A stretch of 64,000 nt of DNA from the human T2T-CHM13v2.0 reference genome, Homo sapiens, in assembly GCF_009914755.1 (NCBI RefSeq), contig NC_060927.1. One strand, 5' to 3'. Below the pieces are notes generated by a model that did not search any database, was not told the origin of the DNA, and worked only from the letters and a program-made list of their open reading frames with translations. Made by a program: the position numbers and the translations under genes. Positions 1 to 12,583 of this stretch are shown in pieces (within the stretch, counting starts at the first letter, position 1; each line of letters opens with the position of its first letter).

Positions 1-54
1 GGCACTCCAGCCTGGAGACAGAGCAAGACTCCACCTCAAAAAAAAAAAAAAAAA
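1..54 (+). mobile_element. Alu 3' end with poly(A), cut by the window edge
   Basis: gcactccagcctgg...gacagagcaagactcc followed by an A-tail. Confidence 0.9.
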
Positions 55-2199
55 TTCAAATATTCGTTGATTAAATGAAAGTTCCTTTTATAATTAAAAA
101 ATATGAAGCAATTTTAATTCAAAAACCAGGTAGATAATTTATATTGCTGAAAAGATATATATTCAACTAAGTGGTACATTTGAGTTGAGTTCTCTTCTCT
201 GCCCTCCTCCGGAGCTCATCTCAGAAACCTGACTTTAGAACTCCCTGCCCAGAAAGATACACAAGAACAAAACCCAAAACCGGGGAAAAAGTAAGACCTC
301 AGCTTGCCCTGAATATATTTTTCTAATCCTTCATAATAAGTAGTAAGATGAAAGTGGCTTATCTTATTTATCTTTCAGCTTTATGTCAAACGTACATTGT
401 GACATGCAAAGGATACACAATGAAACTGAGATTTTTCTTCTCCAGGACCATTAAGTTAGAAATTTCTGGCTTTTATTTTCTAGAGTGCCTACAGCATTTT
501 TACTTCAGTGCTGCATTAAAGTAATTGTTGCATTTAATATGGAAAAAAGGCAAAGCTGTCTCACAATGCCCTAACCACAGGTACGTGGGCGAACAGTTGT
601 CTACAGATTATGGCTTGGAAACAGATTCAAAGGAAAGCTAAGAAAGGGAAAACAACTCGATTTGGAATATGAATCAGCCTTGGAATTGGCATGCTTCAGT
701 GAGGATGGTGTATTATTTTTTTCCTGTTTCAGAGATGGTGTCCCAAAGCAATTTCTGTTTCCAAGATATAAGGGGTGTTGCATTCCAGTTTGGAGAGATT
801 TTGAGGGTCTCTGAGAACAGAATTAAAGAAAAACTAGACAGCATAACATATGCATTTTTCGTCAATGTGCTATTAAAGGTAAATGTTTGATATAATAATC
901 ATCTCCATGTATTTTATCTTCTATTCACTTGACAACTTTTATACCTTAAAATCCTCATCCATGAGAGTCCAGAAATAGGTAATATTAACTGTAGTATCCA
1001 AAGAAAAATGTAATAGTTTTAGTCCTTTTGTGATTACTCATGATGGCTCTATGTATGGCTTGTTTTTCCTTTTTATGTTTAATAGGCTTTATATATTTTT
1101 CAGGGCAAACAAAATGATAATGCAGCTTTCCTTGTTTTGGGGGTTTCTGATTCAATTCAGGCTACACATAATAGTTCTGTGAAATTTCCTTTCTGCTGCA
1201 AAAGCTACAATCCTCTCTGGTAAGTGGTAGAAATAAATTCCCAGTTAAGTAGGCATGGGGTAGGCAAAGAAGAAGAAGCATCAGAGAAGTTGAGGTTGAA
1301 ATAAATTAAAGAAGTCAGGTTCTTTCGTTTTTTTTTTTAGTTTTAAGCCTGAAGACACTGTTTTTCTCATTCAATACCACACTCCATTCTTTTGTGGATC
1401 AAGACATGACTGTGCTAAAAATGCAAAGCAATGAGATGTTGCTTCAATGGTAAATAGACAATAAAATTGTGGTATATTCACACAACAGAATACTACTTAG
1501 TGATAAAAGAGAAATGAGTGATCAAGCTATGTGAAGACATGGATGAATCTTAAATGCATATTGCTAAGTGAAAGACATCTGTCTGAAAGTCTACATATCG
1601 TATAATTCCAGTTAAGTGACATTATGGAAAAGGCAAGCTATAAAGACTTTAAAATGATTAGTGGCTGCTAGGGATTCGGGGGATGTGAGTAGGTAAAGTA
1701 TGAATGATTTTAGGATAGTGAAACTATTCTGTATGATACTGTAATCGTGGATACATGATATTATAAATTTCTTAAAATTCATAGAACTTTACAGCACAAA
1801 AAGTGAAACTTAATGTGTGCAAATTTTTAAAAAATTACTTATAAGACTGAGAATACCAGGAAGGAACATAGAAAATGAAAAAAAAATCTAACTTTGTTAC
1901 TGCCTCCCTGTATGAAATTACATCATTGAAGAGGGTGGGGAGGAAACATAATGATCTAGGTAACTTTGGAAGTTGATAAAGCTGCTTCCCAGGAGGGGAC
2001 AGGTTAACAATTCTCAAACCACTATATATGTATACTGGAATTGAAAGAAAAAAGATGGAAGGCAGATGGTAGAAGCAAGGTTTCTTACTGTTGGAGTGAG
2101 AGTCTACAGATAACCACAAATAAGAGGCTAGGATGATCCATGTAGCAATATATTAAGAGTTAGAAGCATAAAGAAAGAAATATTTACAGGTTTGTATTT

Positions 2200-2546
2200 T
2201 GTATTAGCCCATTTTCATGCTGCCGATAAAGACATACCTGAGACTGGGAAGAAAAAGAGGTTTAATGTACCACAGTTCCATGTGGCCAGGGAGGCTTCAC
2301 AATCATGGTGGAAGGCAAGGAGGAGCAAGTCACATCTTATACGGATGGCATTAGGCAAAGAGAGAGAGGTTGTGCAAGGAAACTCCCCCTTATAAAACGA
2401 TCAGACCTTGTGAGACTTATTCACTATCACAAGAACAGCATGGGAAAGACCTGCCCCCATGATTCAATTACCTCTCACTGGGTACCTCCCACAACATGTG
2501 GGAATTCAATATGAAATTTGGGTGGGGACACAGCCAAACCCTATCA
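2200..2546 (-). mobile_element. THE1 (THE1B/C-like) solo LTR, MaLR
   Basis: tgtattagcccattttcatgctgccgataaagacatacctgagactggg ... gggtggggacacagccaaacc. Confidence 0.9.
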
Positions 2547-2977
2547 TGTATATATGTTGGTTAGCTAGTGGGCACACATATTTCTTTGTCTTGTAAGTTG
2601 AGAGGGTTAGAAATAGGGTACTCTATAATAAGCAGCACATGTGACACAGAAATCTTGGTTTCTAATACTATTTTGCAATAAAGGGAACCTGGGATTTTGG
2701 ATAAATGGCTAATTCATTTATCCAGGACATATATAAAATAAGCCTGGAGCATCATGTAGTGCTAGACAGTGAAGAAGTGCTAAATACACACATAAACACA
2801 GATGGGATTATGTTAAAGGGGCAAGGTATGCAAGTGAAGGAGTTCAAAGCTGGAACAATTTGAGCAGCAGAATAAACAAAGTAATGTTGCATTATAACCT
2901 GAAGTAAAAAAATAAATAACTATGAGTTCACATTGATATAAATAAACAATTGTATATACAAATGAGAGAGAAGAGAC

Positions 2978-3422
2978 TATAATGGTCAGTTGAATGTTTT
3001 AACTTTGTTTGGTCATAGTGCCTACTTATTCAATTAAACACTAATCTAGGTGTTACTGTGAAGATACGTTATAGATGTAGTTAATATCTACAATCAGTTG
3101 ATGATCAGTAAAGGAGTAATAATCACCTTTACTTAGGAGATTATCCTTGATAATCTGGATGGTTTCATTCAATGAATTGAAGTATCTTAAAAGAAAAACT
3201 GAGGTTTCCTGGAACAAGGAGAAATTCTAATTTTGGACTCCCTGGGCTGCAGTATCAGCTCTTGTATGAGAACTTCCAGCATGGCTGCCTGTCCTATACA
3301 AATCTGAGACTTGCCAGCCCCCATAATCACACAGGCCATGTCTGCCTGCCTGTTTGTCTATCTATCTATCTATCTACCTACCCGGATAATCCTATTGGTT
3401 CTGCTTTTCTAGTAGAACCTTA
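2978..3422 (+). mobile_element. MLT2 (MLT2D-like) LTR, ERVL
   Basis: aaacactaatctaggtgttactgtgaag ... atcctattggttctg...ctagtagaacc. Confidence 0.75.
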
Positions 3423-4184
3423 AAATCCCCCATGCAGAACAATTCCAAATAATATTTAGATACTTCACCCTTAAGGAGGTGGAATATAACCCCCCATATT
3501 TAAAGTGTGGGCTGCAGATTGTGACATTCTTCAAAAAGAATATAATATGAAAAAAGGGAGCAAAAACAGTAATTTTATAATGGAGAAACATGACAAATAC
3601 TACCTTAGGCAAGGTCAACAATAACATTGCTAAGTCACTGATAATATGTGCCCTTAACATTATGATGAAAATCCCCTTTACTTTTGTGATCCTCCTCTCA
3701 GAAATACATAACCTCAGTCTAATCATAAGAAAAATCAGACAAATTCCAGTTAAGGGACATTTCACAAAATACTGACCAATAACTCTTAAAAGAAACAAAG
3801 TAATCCAAGAAGGGAATATCTGAAAAACTGCCACAACCAAGAGGAGCCTGAAAAGATATGATTAAATGTAATGAACTGTGGATGGGATTTTGGAAGAGAA
3901 AAAGAACATTAAGTAAAAACTAAGAAAATATGAATAAAGTATGAATTTAATAATGTGTCAATATTGGTTTATAAATCATAACAAATGTATCATACTAATG
4001 TAACATTAATTGTGTGGAAAATGTAGTGGGAACTTTCTTTGCAATTTTTCTGTAAATCTAAAACTGTTCTTTAAAAACTTTATTTAAAGATATTGTACAC
4101 TGATTTTGTTATGTTTTGCTCTAGACTGAAAAAAAGAATCTAGAAGCTTACAATCTAGTGAAAAGGACACAGGTAGAACAGTAA

Positions 4185-4385
4185 AGTTTATTGAGATTTT
4201 AATATATACCTGTCACTACACTAGGTACTTTTTAAATAACATTTGATTCAATGTTGCACATTATTACGTCCCTTTTGCAGATGAGGAAAATGAGTCTAAA
4301 TTAAATCATATAATTTTCTGAAGGATAAATAACCATTCTGAGACCCCAAATCTGTATGATTCAAAGCCCAAACCCCTTGTGCTGC
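4185..4385 (-). mobile_element. MIR
   Basis: Core cccttttgcagatgaggaaaatgag. Confidence 0.6.
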
Positions 4386-5775
4386 AGAGTTCCCATCACC
4401 TAATTAGATAGGATAGGTACTCAGACCATGGAATTCAAGATAGCTGGCATTATGTGACATGAGTGCTACTGAACTGAAAACAACAGTGCTATTGATATTT
4501 GAGGAGGGAGCAATCTACTATTTGAACAGGTGAGGCTTTATACTCAAAGGGGTTTTTAGACTGGATAGGTGAGCATGATTTTTGTTTGTTTGTTTTTTTA
4601 AAGAAAAGAAAGTCGTTTCATGAGAAGGAAGCAGAAGGAAGCAAAGGCATACAGCTGAAACCCCATGAAATAGGGTCTGGGAATTACAGTTCGTTCAGTT
4701 TCGATAGAGGGTAGTGTGTATCTACAAGAATACTGAGACAAAACCAGTGAAAGAAAGTTCTTTTCCTTCACTGTCCCTCATCCCTGAAATTTAGACTGAG
4801 CCTCAGCAAACATAAAATAGAGATTCCTTGATCCCTCGGTGAACATAATCAGATCCTTTGTGAAAGACCTGGTAGAAGTGCTAAGAAAACATATGCACCA
4901 AACAAAACCTGAATACATTGAGTTTTTCCCCATTAGGAGAAAAGTGAAAGTGGTTATTTATTGAACCTCATTATTGTCAGGCTTATGCCAGCTACTTTCA
5001 AATTCATCTGGCAAGTACTTATTCTAAGCAAGCACTATTTTAGGCAATGAGAACCCAATGACATAGTCTCTTCTCTTTCTCATTGCATTGTGATGATTTG
5101 TTTACATGTCTACCTTCCTGCTAGATTATGAATTCTTTAAGAACATGGAAAATATCACCAAGGGAGGCAGCTTCCTTTTCTGATACTTAAAACACCAGCC
5201 CCTTCTATTATTTAGACCTGAAAGAGGCTGAAAAAGTTATTAGTTTACAGAGAATTTTTTTTTTCTCTTTTACCTTAAAACACAGTTTTTCAGTCTTGGA
5301 CTAATTATCACTACTGACAAATTATTCCTGTGGCCAAGTTTTCTTGGCGTGGGAATGTAAAAAAATTGGATTTGAAGAGAATTTTGGAAAAGTAGAGAGA
5401 GAATGTGTTAGCCTTGCATTTTCTTCTCTTGAAAACCACAGAGAACTGTGTAATTTTTCATTTACTGAAAAAATATTCTATTCCATCTACTGTGTATTAG
5501 GAACTATGCTTCATGCTATTGTCTCATTGATGAAGAGGCACTTGTTCTGGCTTCAGGAAGAGTGAAGTCTAGTACAAAACAGACACATGAATAAACAGAT
5601 ATAATGGCAATCAATCATTCAATCAATCAACTTTTTAACTGAGCATGTACTATGTGCCAATCAGTAGCTGAGGCAATGAGAATGCTTTAGTTAACTAACT
5701 GACTCAATCTTTCCTTACAGAGGTTAGAGTGTAGTGGGGAGCTATATACATATAGAATTATATTAGACTCTGCAC

Positions 5776-5980
5776 CAGTGCTTCACAACTTCAAAACTAT
5801 TGACATACTGAGCTGAATAATTCTTTGCTCATTTTAGGACATTTAGCAGCATTCCTGGTCTCCACCCTACTAGAAGCAAGTAGCACCCCTCCCTCCATCC
5901 CCTGCAGTGGTAACAAAGATAGTTCACACATTGCAAAGTGCCTCTGGGAGGAATACTGCCTTAAATTAAAAACTCTAGCT
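5776..5980 (-). mobile_element. MER20 (hAT-Charlie MITE)
   Basis: ctattgacat...ataattctttg...ggacatttagcagcattcctgg...gtagcacccct. Confidence 0.75.
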
Positions 5981-6382
5981 CTGTAATATGTAGTGTCAAA
6001 AGATCCTGGAACCAAGGAATTTAACCTAACCCCAGGGGTCAGGGCCCGCTTTCTTGAGGAAGAAACATTTGGGTTAAGAGTTGAATGTGAGAGATTTAAT
6101 TAGGCCAAGAAGTAGCAGGAGAGTCTACTCTTGTAACCAGGCTATCAGCAAGAACCTTCGTGCCTTTGCTCTAAATATAAACCTTCCTCCCCATACCTCT
6201 TTCCTCTCATCTGGGCCCTTTACACATTGTACTTGCTGTGAAATTCAGCCCTTCCTTGATGCTTCCTGAATTCTTCACCAACTCCCTCCAACACACCTAC
6301 CATGTACATAAGACAGCATGCAGCAACATTTCTTGAAGATGTCAGGAGGAGGCAGAGGAGAGGTTAAACATTTAGCAGGTCT

Positions 6383-6716
6383 GGCCAGGTGCGGTGGCTC
6401 ACACCTGTAATCCCAGCACTTTGGGAGGCCGAGGCGGGTGGATCACCTGAGGTTAGGAGTTCACGACCAGCCTGGCCAACATGGTGAAACCCCGTCACTA
6501 CTAAAAATACAAAAATCAGCCAGGTGTGGTGGCAAGCACCTGTAATCCTAGCTACTCGGGAGGGTGAGGCAGGAGAATTGGTTTGAACATGGGAGGCAGA
6601 GGTTGTAGTGAGCCGAGATTGTGCAACTGCACTCCAGCCTGGGTGACAGAGTGAGACTCCATCTCAAAAAAAAAAAAAAAAAAAAAAGCAAAACAAACAA
6701 ACAACAACAACAAAAA
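6383..6716 (+). mobile_element. Full-length AluS (Sx/Sz-like)
   Basis: Both arms and an A-rich tail. 17-bp TSD aaacatttagcaggtct at 6366-6382 and 6717-6733. Confidence 0.96.
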
Positions 6717-7604
6717 AAACATTTAGCAGGTCTGTACATAAATGTCCTTCAAACGCCTCTATACAAGTTTATGTTCACTGGGCCATCATCCAGAAACTCC
6801 TTAATCTCACACTCACTAATTTTTCCTCTCTTTCTTGTAGGACCCAGTTTAAATTAAAACCCCAATTTCTCACATAGAAAAACTGTACTGACCCTTTGTT
6901 ACTTGGGTTCCTACTGGCATCTTGACACTCAATGTTTCTACTTCTATTGAGAGTAGCTTACTAAGTTTATTAATTAATTGATTAATTTGAATAAAGATTA
7001 TGTGTGAACCAAACTCTGGTGTCAACTCTTAATAATACTTTACCTTTCTATGCTGTTGTAGAGTCATTTGAAGGATATGAAGAAAGAAAACATGAAGGAA
7101 AGCATACCTATGTTGGTTTGTTAGACAAAGAAAAAAATTCACAAAGTATTGAAAGAGAATCTTGAAAAAGAGACAATTATTTGTCACCATGAGGAAGAAG
7201 GTTGGAGACACAAACAGGCACGTATCAGTACCCGAGTGGGAACTAACCAGTGTAACTTGAGCACAACATTGGAGGAATCAATAGGAAATGAGACTGGAGG
7301 GGACAAAGCGAGGACTAGGAAGAGAGAAGGGTAGCAAGGTAATGTTATAAATGACTCACTCTTAATAGGAACATGTATTGTATAGGTAATGTGGGACTCA
7401 TAGGATTTTAAACTAGTTGAAGAAATTAAACAAGTTCTCATTTTAGAGGAAAAATTAAATCACTAACAGAGTTTGCCACCTGGTGTCAGGGAGGCCAGAT
7501 AGGAAGTTAGTGCAATGAATAATACAAGTAATACAAGGGAGATAATGAGCCTGAATTTAAAGGGGAGTTCATGGTTTTATTAGAATAATAAAAACAAGAG
7601 GCAA

Positions 7605-7830
7605 GAAAGAGCTAGCATCTATTGAGTACCCTGTGCCAAGCACTACAGCACTTTATACTTCCTAACCAGTTCAGTCTACCAACAAATTCTATGATATCAT
7701 TGCCAATGTTATCATCATTTTACAGAGATATTTCCTAATTTGACTGAGATTGCACAGCTAAGAAAAGGCAGAACCATGATGTCAACCCAAGCCGGATTTT
7801 AACTCATGTCATCCAACATGTGCTGTATTA
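7605..7830 (-). mobile_element. MIR
   Basis: tattgagtaccctgtgccaagcact ... attttacaga ... gcacagcta. Confidence 0.55.
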
Positions 7831-8379
7831 ACTACTATACAACGGAGCCAGATTTCGTTAGGGAGCAAAAACCCGGGGCTAGAGGTTAATAGGAATTTTT
7901 ATGAATGCAGTCTCAAAAATTCTTAGGCAATACCTACAAAAGAGATATAAATGAAAGGTAAGTTCTTGTTATATTTTTAATATATATTTTGCTAGGGCTT
8001 GGCAAATAAAGAGACTTAGATATGACAGCAAGAGAGAGGGAAACATCTGGATTGACTCCACAGTTTTTGTTTGACTTGAAACATTATCCTGCCAGGAAAA
8101 GAATTGTGGAAAGAATGTTGAGGGGACAATATACTGGGGGCTAGTTGTTAAGTTTAGATTTAAAAAGGTGATCTTGAGGCACTTGAGTGCATTCCAACTG
8201 GAAATATCTAGTAGACATTTGAATGTATGAATCTAGGTTTCCATAAAAATCTTCAGTTGAAGATTGGAGGAAACGTAAGTAAAATCACTAATGAACAAAT
8301 CACAAATGGCTTTAAAAAAAAGGATGTAATGATTATTTCTCTACCTGGAGACCAAATATGTGGGTATGTATGTGGGGAT

Positions 8380-10580
8380 ACATATATAATCTCCAAATTT
8401 TGCCCTTCAAATCTATTAATGCACAGTCTTCCTCATCTTAGTAAATAACAACTTCACCTCTTTAGCTTTCTACAAGATATTCTAGCCTGAAAACTTGGAG
8501 CCATTCTTGATGTCTCCTCTTCTCTCAAACCACATCCAATCTATTAGCAAATCTCCTTACTTTACCTTAAAAATATATCTAAAATTAGACTTGCTATTAC
8601 TGTTATCCAAGCCTATCCTTTGGGTTATTTTAATGGCCTTTTAATGGTCATCTCTGTTTCTTTCCTTGATGTACCTACCACAGTATACTGTCAACACAGG
8701 AACCAGTGATATTTGTAACATGTAAGGCATACATGGTCAATTAATGGTCAGCCAAGTCACTGAGCCAACGCAGTAAGGAAAAAGAAAGTCTTTTTAACAT
8801 ATGGATATATATATGGGATAAAAATCCTCAATCTTTTCCTAACTTAATATACAAAAATTAATTTGAGACAGATCATAAACCTAAATATAAAAGCTAATAC
8901 TATAAAGCTTCTAGAAGAAAACGGAGAAGAATAGCTTTAAAAGCTTGTGAAAATTGATTGAACAGGGCACAAGTACTACTGAACAGAATAAAAATATAAA
9001 CTTCATCAAAAGCAGAAATTTCTGCTCTTTAACAGACTCCTTTAAGAAAATGTAATAGGCAAAAACTACAAACTGGGAAAAAGTACTTGTACTACATACA
9101 CCTGAAAACAGAACTTCTTATGAGAATATATAAAGAACTTCCACAAATCAACAATACAAAGACTGGCTACTCATTTACAAAATGGACAAAACATTTGAAC
9201 AGGTGCATCACAAAGAAGACATGGCCAATAAGCACAGCAAAGGTGTGCACTAGCATTAGCTCTCAGAGAAATGCAAATTAAAACAACAAAAACCATTTAC
9301 ACCTACCTGTATGGCCTGTGTGGCTAAGATAAAAAAAAAAAAAAAAGAAAAAAAGAGAAAAAGCACAGTAATACCAGTAGAGAACAACCACAACTTTTTA
9401 CAATGCTAGTGGGTGTTTAAAATGACACAACTACTTTGAAGAACTATTTAGCATATTGCTATAAAGTTGAACATACATCTACCCTATGATCCAGCATGAC
9501 AGCTAGGTAAATACTCAAAAGAATTAAAAACATATGTTCTCAAAAAGACATGATGGCAGCCTTATTTATAACAGCTTCAAACCCCAAATCACCCAAATAT
9601 CCACCAACAGGAAAATGAATACATGAAAATATAAATAAATTAACATTAGAATACTACACAGCAATAAAAAGAAATGAACTGTTAATTTATGTAAAAACAA
9701 GGATGAATTTCATAAACATATGTTGCACAAAAGATGCCAGACACAAAAGAGTACATACTACATCGTTCCATTTATATAAAGCTTAAGAACAGAAAAAGGG
9801 AGGAACTGAATGGAAAAGGCATAAGGAAATTTTCTGGTGTGATGAAAATGTTCTGTATCTTGTTCTGGATGGTCATTACATGGTGTATATAAACATATAA
9901 TTGTCAAGAATTTTAGACCCGATCATTTAAGACCAGTATATTTTATTGTTCATAAAGAATACTTCAAAAATTAAAAAGAAATAAAATAAAAATGCAAGCC
10001 AAATCATGTCAGTTCTGTAAGAAAATCATTATTTTTAAAAAGGCTTTCAAAGTCTAAACATGATCCTCCTTCCCTCCCCCCTAATCTGTCACTTTCAGAC
10101 CTATCTCTGAAGGGAGTGCATACCCCACTCCTTCCTTCATTCTGTTCCAGCCAAACTGGCCTTCCTTCTGTTCCTTGAATATGCCAAACGAAGTCGCACT
10201 TCATATCCTCTGTTCCCCTCCCCTGGAAAGTCCTCTAGAGTTTCGTAATTTGCTCAATTGCTTCCTTTAGTGTCTGCCAAAATGTCATCTTATGAAACCT
10301 CTCCTAACAAATCTACTAAAACATAACCCCAAACACACACATGCACACATGCATGCAAATCCACATACCTACACACATTAATTTACACACATGCAACACC
10401 ACCACAATTCTATTCCCCTTAACCGATCTGTTTTTCTCTGCAGCACTTAACACCACACAACTTACTATAAAATACACCTATTTATTCTATACCAAATATC
10501 TCCACTAAGTTGAATGAGTACTTATTAGAACAGAGCTTTTGTAATTATACTATTTATTTCCCAGTACTTAGATCAGTGCT
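8380..10580 (+). mobile_element. L2 3' region, split by an L1M insertion
   Basis: ccattcttga...cacatccaatctattagcaaatc, resuming at gccaaatcatgtc ... ctggccttccttctgttccttgaatatgcc. Confidence 0.6.
8735..9990 (+). mobile_element. Old L1 (L1ME/L1MB-like) ORF2 end + 3'UTR
   Basis: acaaaaattaatttgaga; gaaatgcaaattaaaacaac; catctaccctatgatccagca; gaaaatgttctgtatcttg. Confidence 0.75.
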
Positions 10581-10583
10581 GTT

Positions 10584-11233
10584 TTGCTATGGACAAAGTT
10601 GTGTCCCTCCAAAATTCATATGTTGACATCCTCACTCCCAATGTGATAGTAATAGACGTGGGCCTTTGGGAGGTAATTACATAATCAAGATGGAGTTCTC
10701 ATGAATAGGATTAGTGGCCTTACAAAAAGACATAAGAGAGCCTGTAATCCCAGCATTTCGGGAAGCCAAGGCAGGTGTATCACCTGAGGTCAGGAGTTTG
10801 AGATCAGCCTGACCAACATGGTGAAACTCTGTCTCTACTAAAAATACAAAAATTAGCTGGGCGTGGTGTCGCGGAGGACTGTAATCCCAGCTACTAAGGA
10901 GGCTGAGGTAGGAGAATCACTTAAACCTAGGAAGTGGAAGCTACAGTGGACCTAGATCACACCATTGCACTCCAGCCTGGGCAACAGAGTAAGACTCTGT
11001 CACACACACACAAAAAAGACACAAGATAACTTGCTTCTCTCTCTGTTCTTCACCATGTGGGAATACAATGAGAAGAGGCTATCTGTGGAACAGGAAGTCC
11101 ACCCTCATCAGATATGACTTGCTGGCACCTTGATCTTAGACTTTACAGCCTCTCAGACTATGAGAAATAAATTTCTATTATTTATAAGCTACTCAGTCTA
11201 TAGTACTTTGTTATAGCAGCCCAAACTAAGACA
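10584..11233 (+). mobile_element. MLT1A/B-like MaLR LTR containing an Alu
   Basis: tgctatgga...gtgtccctccaaaattcatatgttga ... gttatagcagcccaaactaagaca. Confidence 0.85.
10740..11012 (+). mobile_element. 5'-truncated AluS inserted in the MLT1 LTR
   Basis: Starts at cctgtaatcccagca, has a (CA)n/A tail and a degenerate TSD aaaaagaca(t/c)aaga. Confidence 0.9.
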
Positions 11234-12531
11234 AGTATATAATAAGCTCTTGGTAACTATTTATTGAGTAAACATTATTTTATAGAGATAATTTGTCATG
11301 AAATCTGAAAACAATAAAAGTTATGGCCAAGGAACAAAATGAGTATATAAAAATATAAGCAACTATGTAAATGTGAAATTAGTAATAGGGCAGCTAAAAT
11401 TCTGCAAGTCTGTGACTCAGGTGGTCACAGCCTAAAGATTTGAATAAACTAAACTCATGCACATTTACAACTATTCTAGTTGGAGAAACACATTACTTCA
11501 TCGAAGCCTTGCATATGATTGTGTTCAATATTATTGAAAGGCCTGTTAATTGTATCCTAATGAATGAAGAAATAGTAAAGCATGCAGGACTACTGAGGGA
11601 AGGTGTTTTATTTTTTAATACATTCAAGTTTATTTCATGTTCATAAAATGATGATATAATAATGATAATTTTAATGAAATAAAACATTTTGTATCTGAAG
11701 AGAAAGTACATTTAAGTCTATATAGGGTTTTACTTTATAAATAATGATGTACTAATTTAATTATCCAAATTAAATTATAATTGTTAAAGTATAGTTAATC
11801 CCTCTTTTTTCTTTGAGAATTTAGCAAGAAGTCTGTTCCCTTCACCTCAGTTGTACTTCGGAATGGGCAAAATAATCAGGCGAAGCAAAGATAGAGATTA
11901 AAATGAAAGAAAGGCTCTTAGGAAGATGACAGATATGAAACTGGAATTTGAGAAAGAAGGCAAATGTTATTGTAAAAACATTTTAAGGAAATGCTGTGAA
12001 ACAACTTAAACAAAAGTAATTCTTTCATATTCTTCTAGTTTATTCAACAACCAAAAATAAAAACTAGACCAAAAATTGTAAGGAGTGGGTTAGAAATTTT
12101 GTAGATATAGTAGGAGGCAAGAGGTAGTCACTGAAACACACTATTTTGAACAGTCTAAAGCTTACCAAAAAAAGAGGGGTAGGTGACCTGCCAAGTGTTA
12201 CACTAACATAAGCTTTACCTGTGGCTGTCCTATATTCTACAGTCAAAAAGCAGGGAGAAGAAAGGTCTATGTCAACTAGCTTCTGAAGTAAAAATTGTTA
12301 CTGAAAATTATTGTGCATTCTAGGACCTGAATGCATGAGACTTACCACTCCCCATTACACATTTCATAATGCAATCTAGTTGCAAGGTGCTGATTCTTAC
12401 TTTTAAGTTTAAAATTCAAATAAAGTCACATTATATGCCATATACAGGACACTAAATGTCCTCAGATTTTAAAGAGAAATAATTATTACATCTTACAAAC
12501 ATTCAGGTAGATTTTAAGTACAAATATATAT

Positions 12532-12535
<4 letters not shown>

Positions 12536-12580
<45 letters not shown>
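12536..12580. repeat. (AG)n microsatellite, ~22 units
   Basis: Pure GA run. Confidence 0.97.

Positions 12581-12583
<3 letters not shown>

Larger units (their letters stand above)
1430..4090 (+). mobile_element. Old L1 (L1MC/L1MD-like) 3' region, interrupted by THE1 and MLT2 LTRs
   Basis: L1M 3'UTR motifs (tgtggtatattcacacaacagaatactac; gtgaaactattctgtatgatactgta; ttttctgtaaatctaaaactgttct). Confidence 0.7.

Noticed and set aside
3409-3840. 143-aa hydrophobic ORF
   Set aside because: Antisense frame of an A-rich old L1 3' region; compositional artefact.
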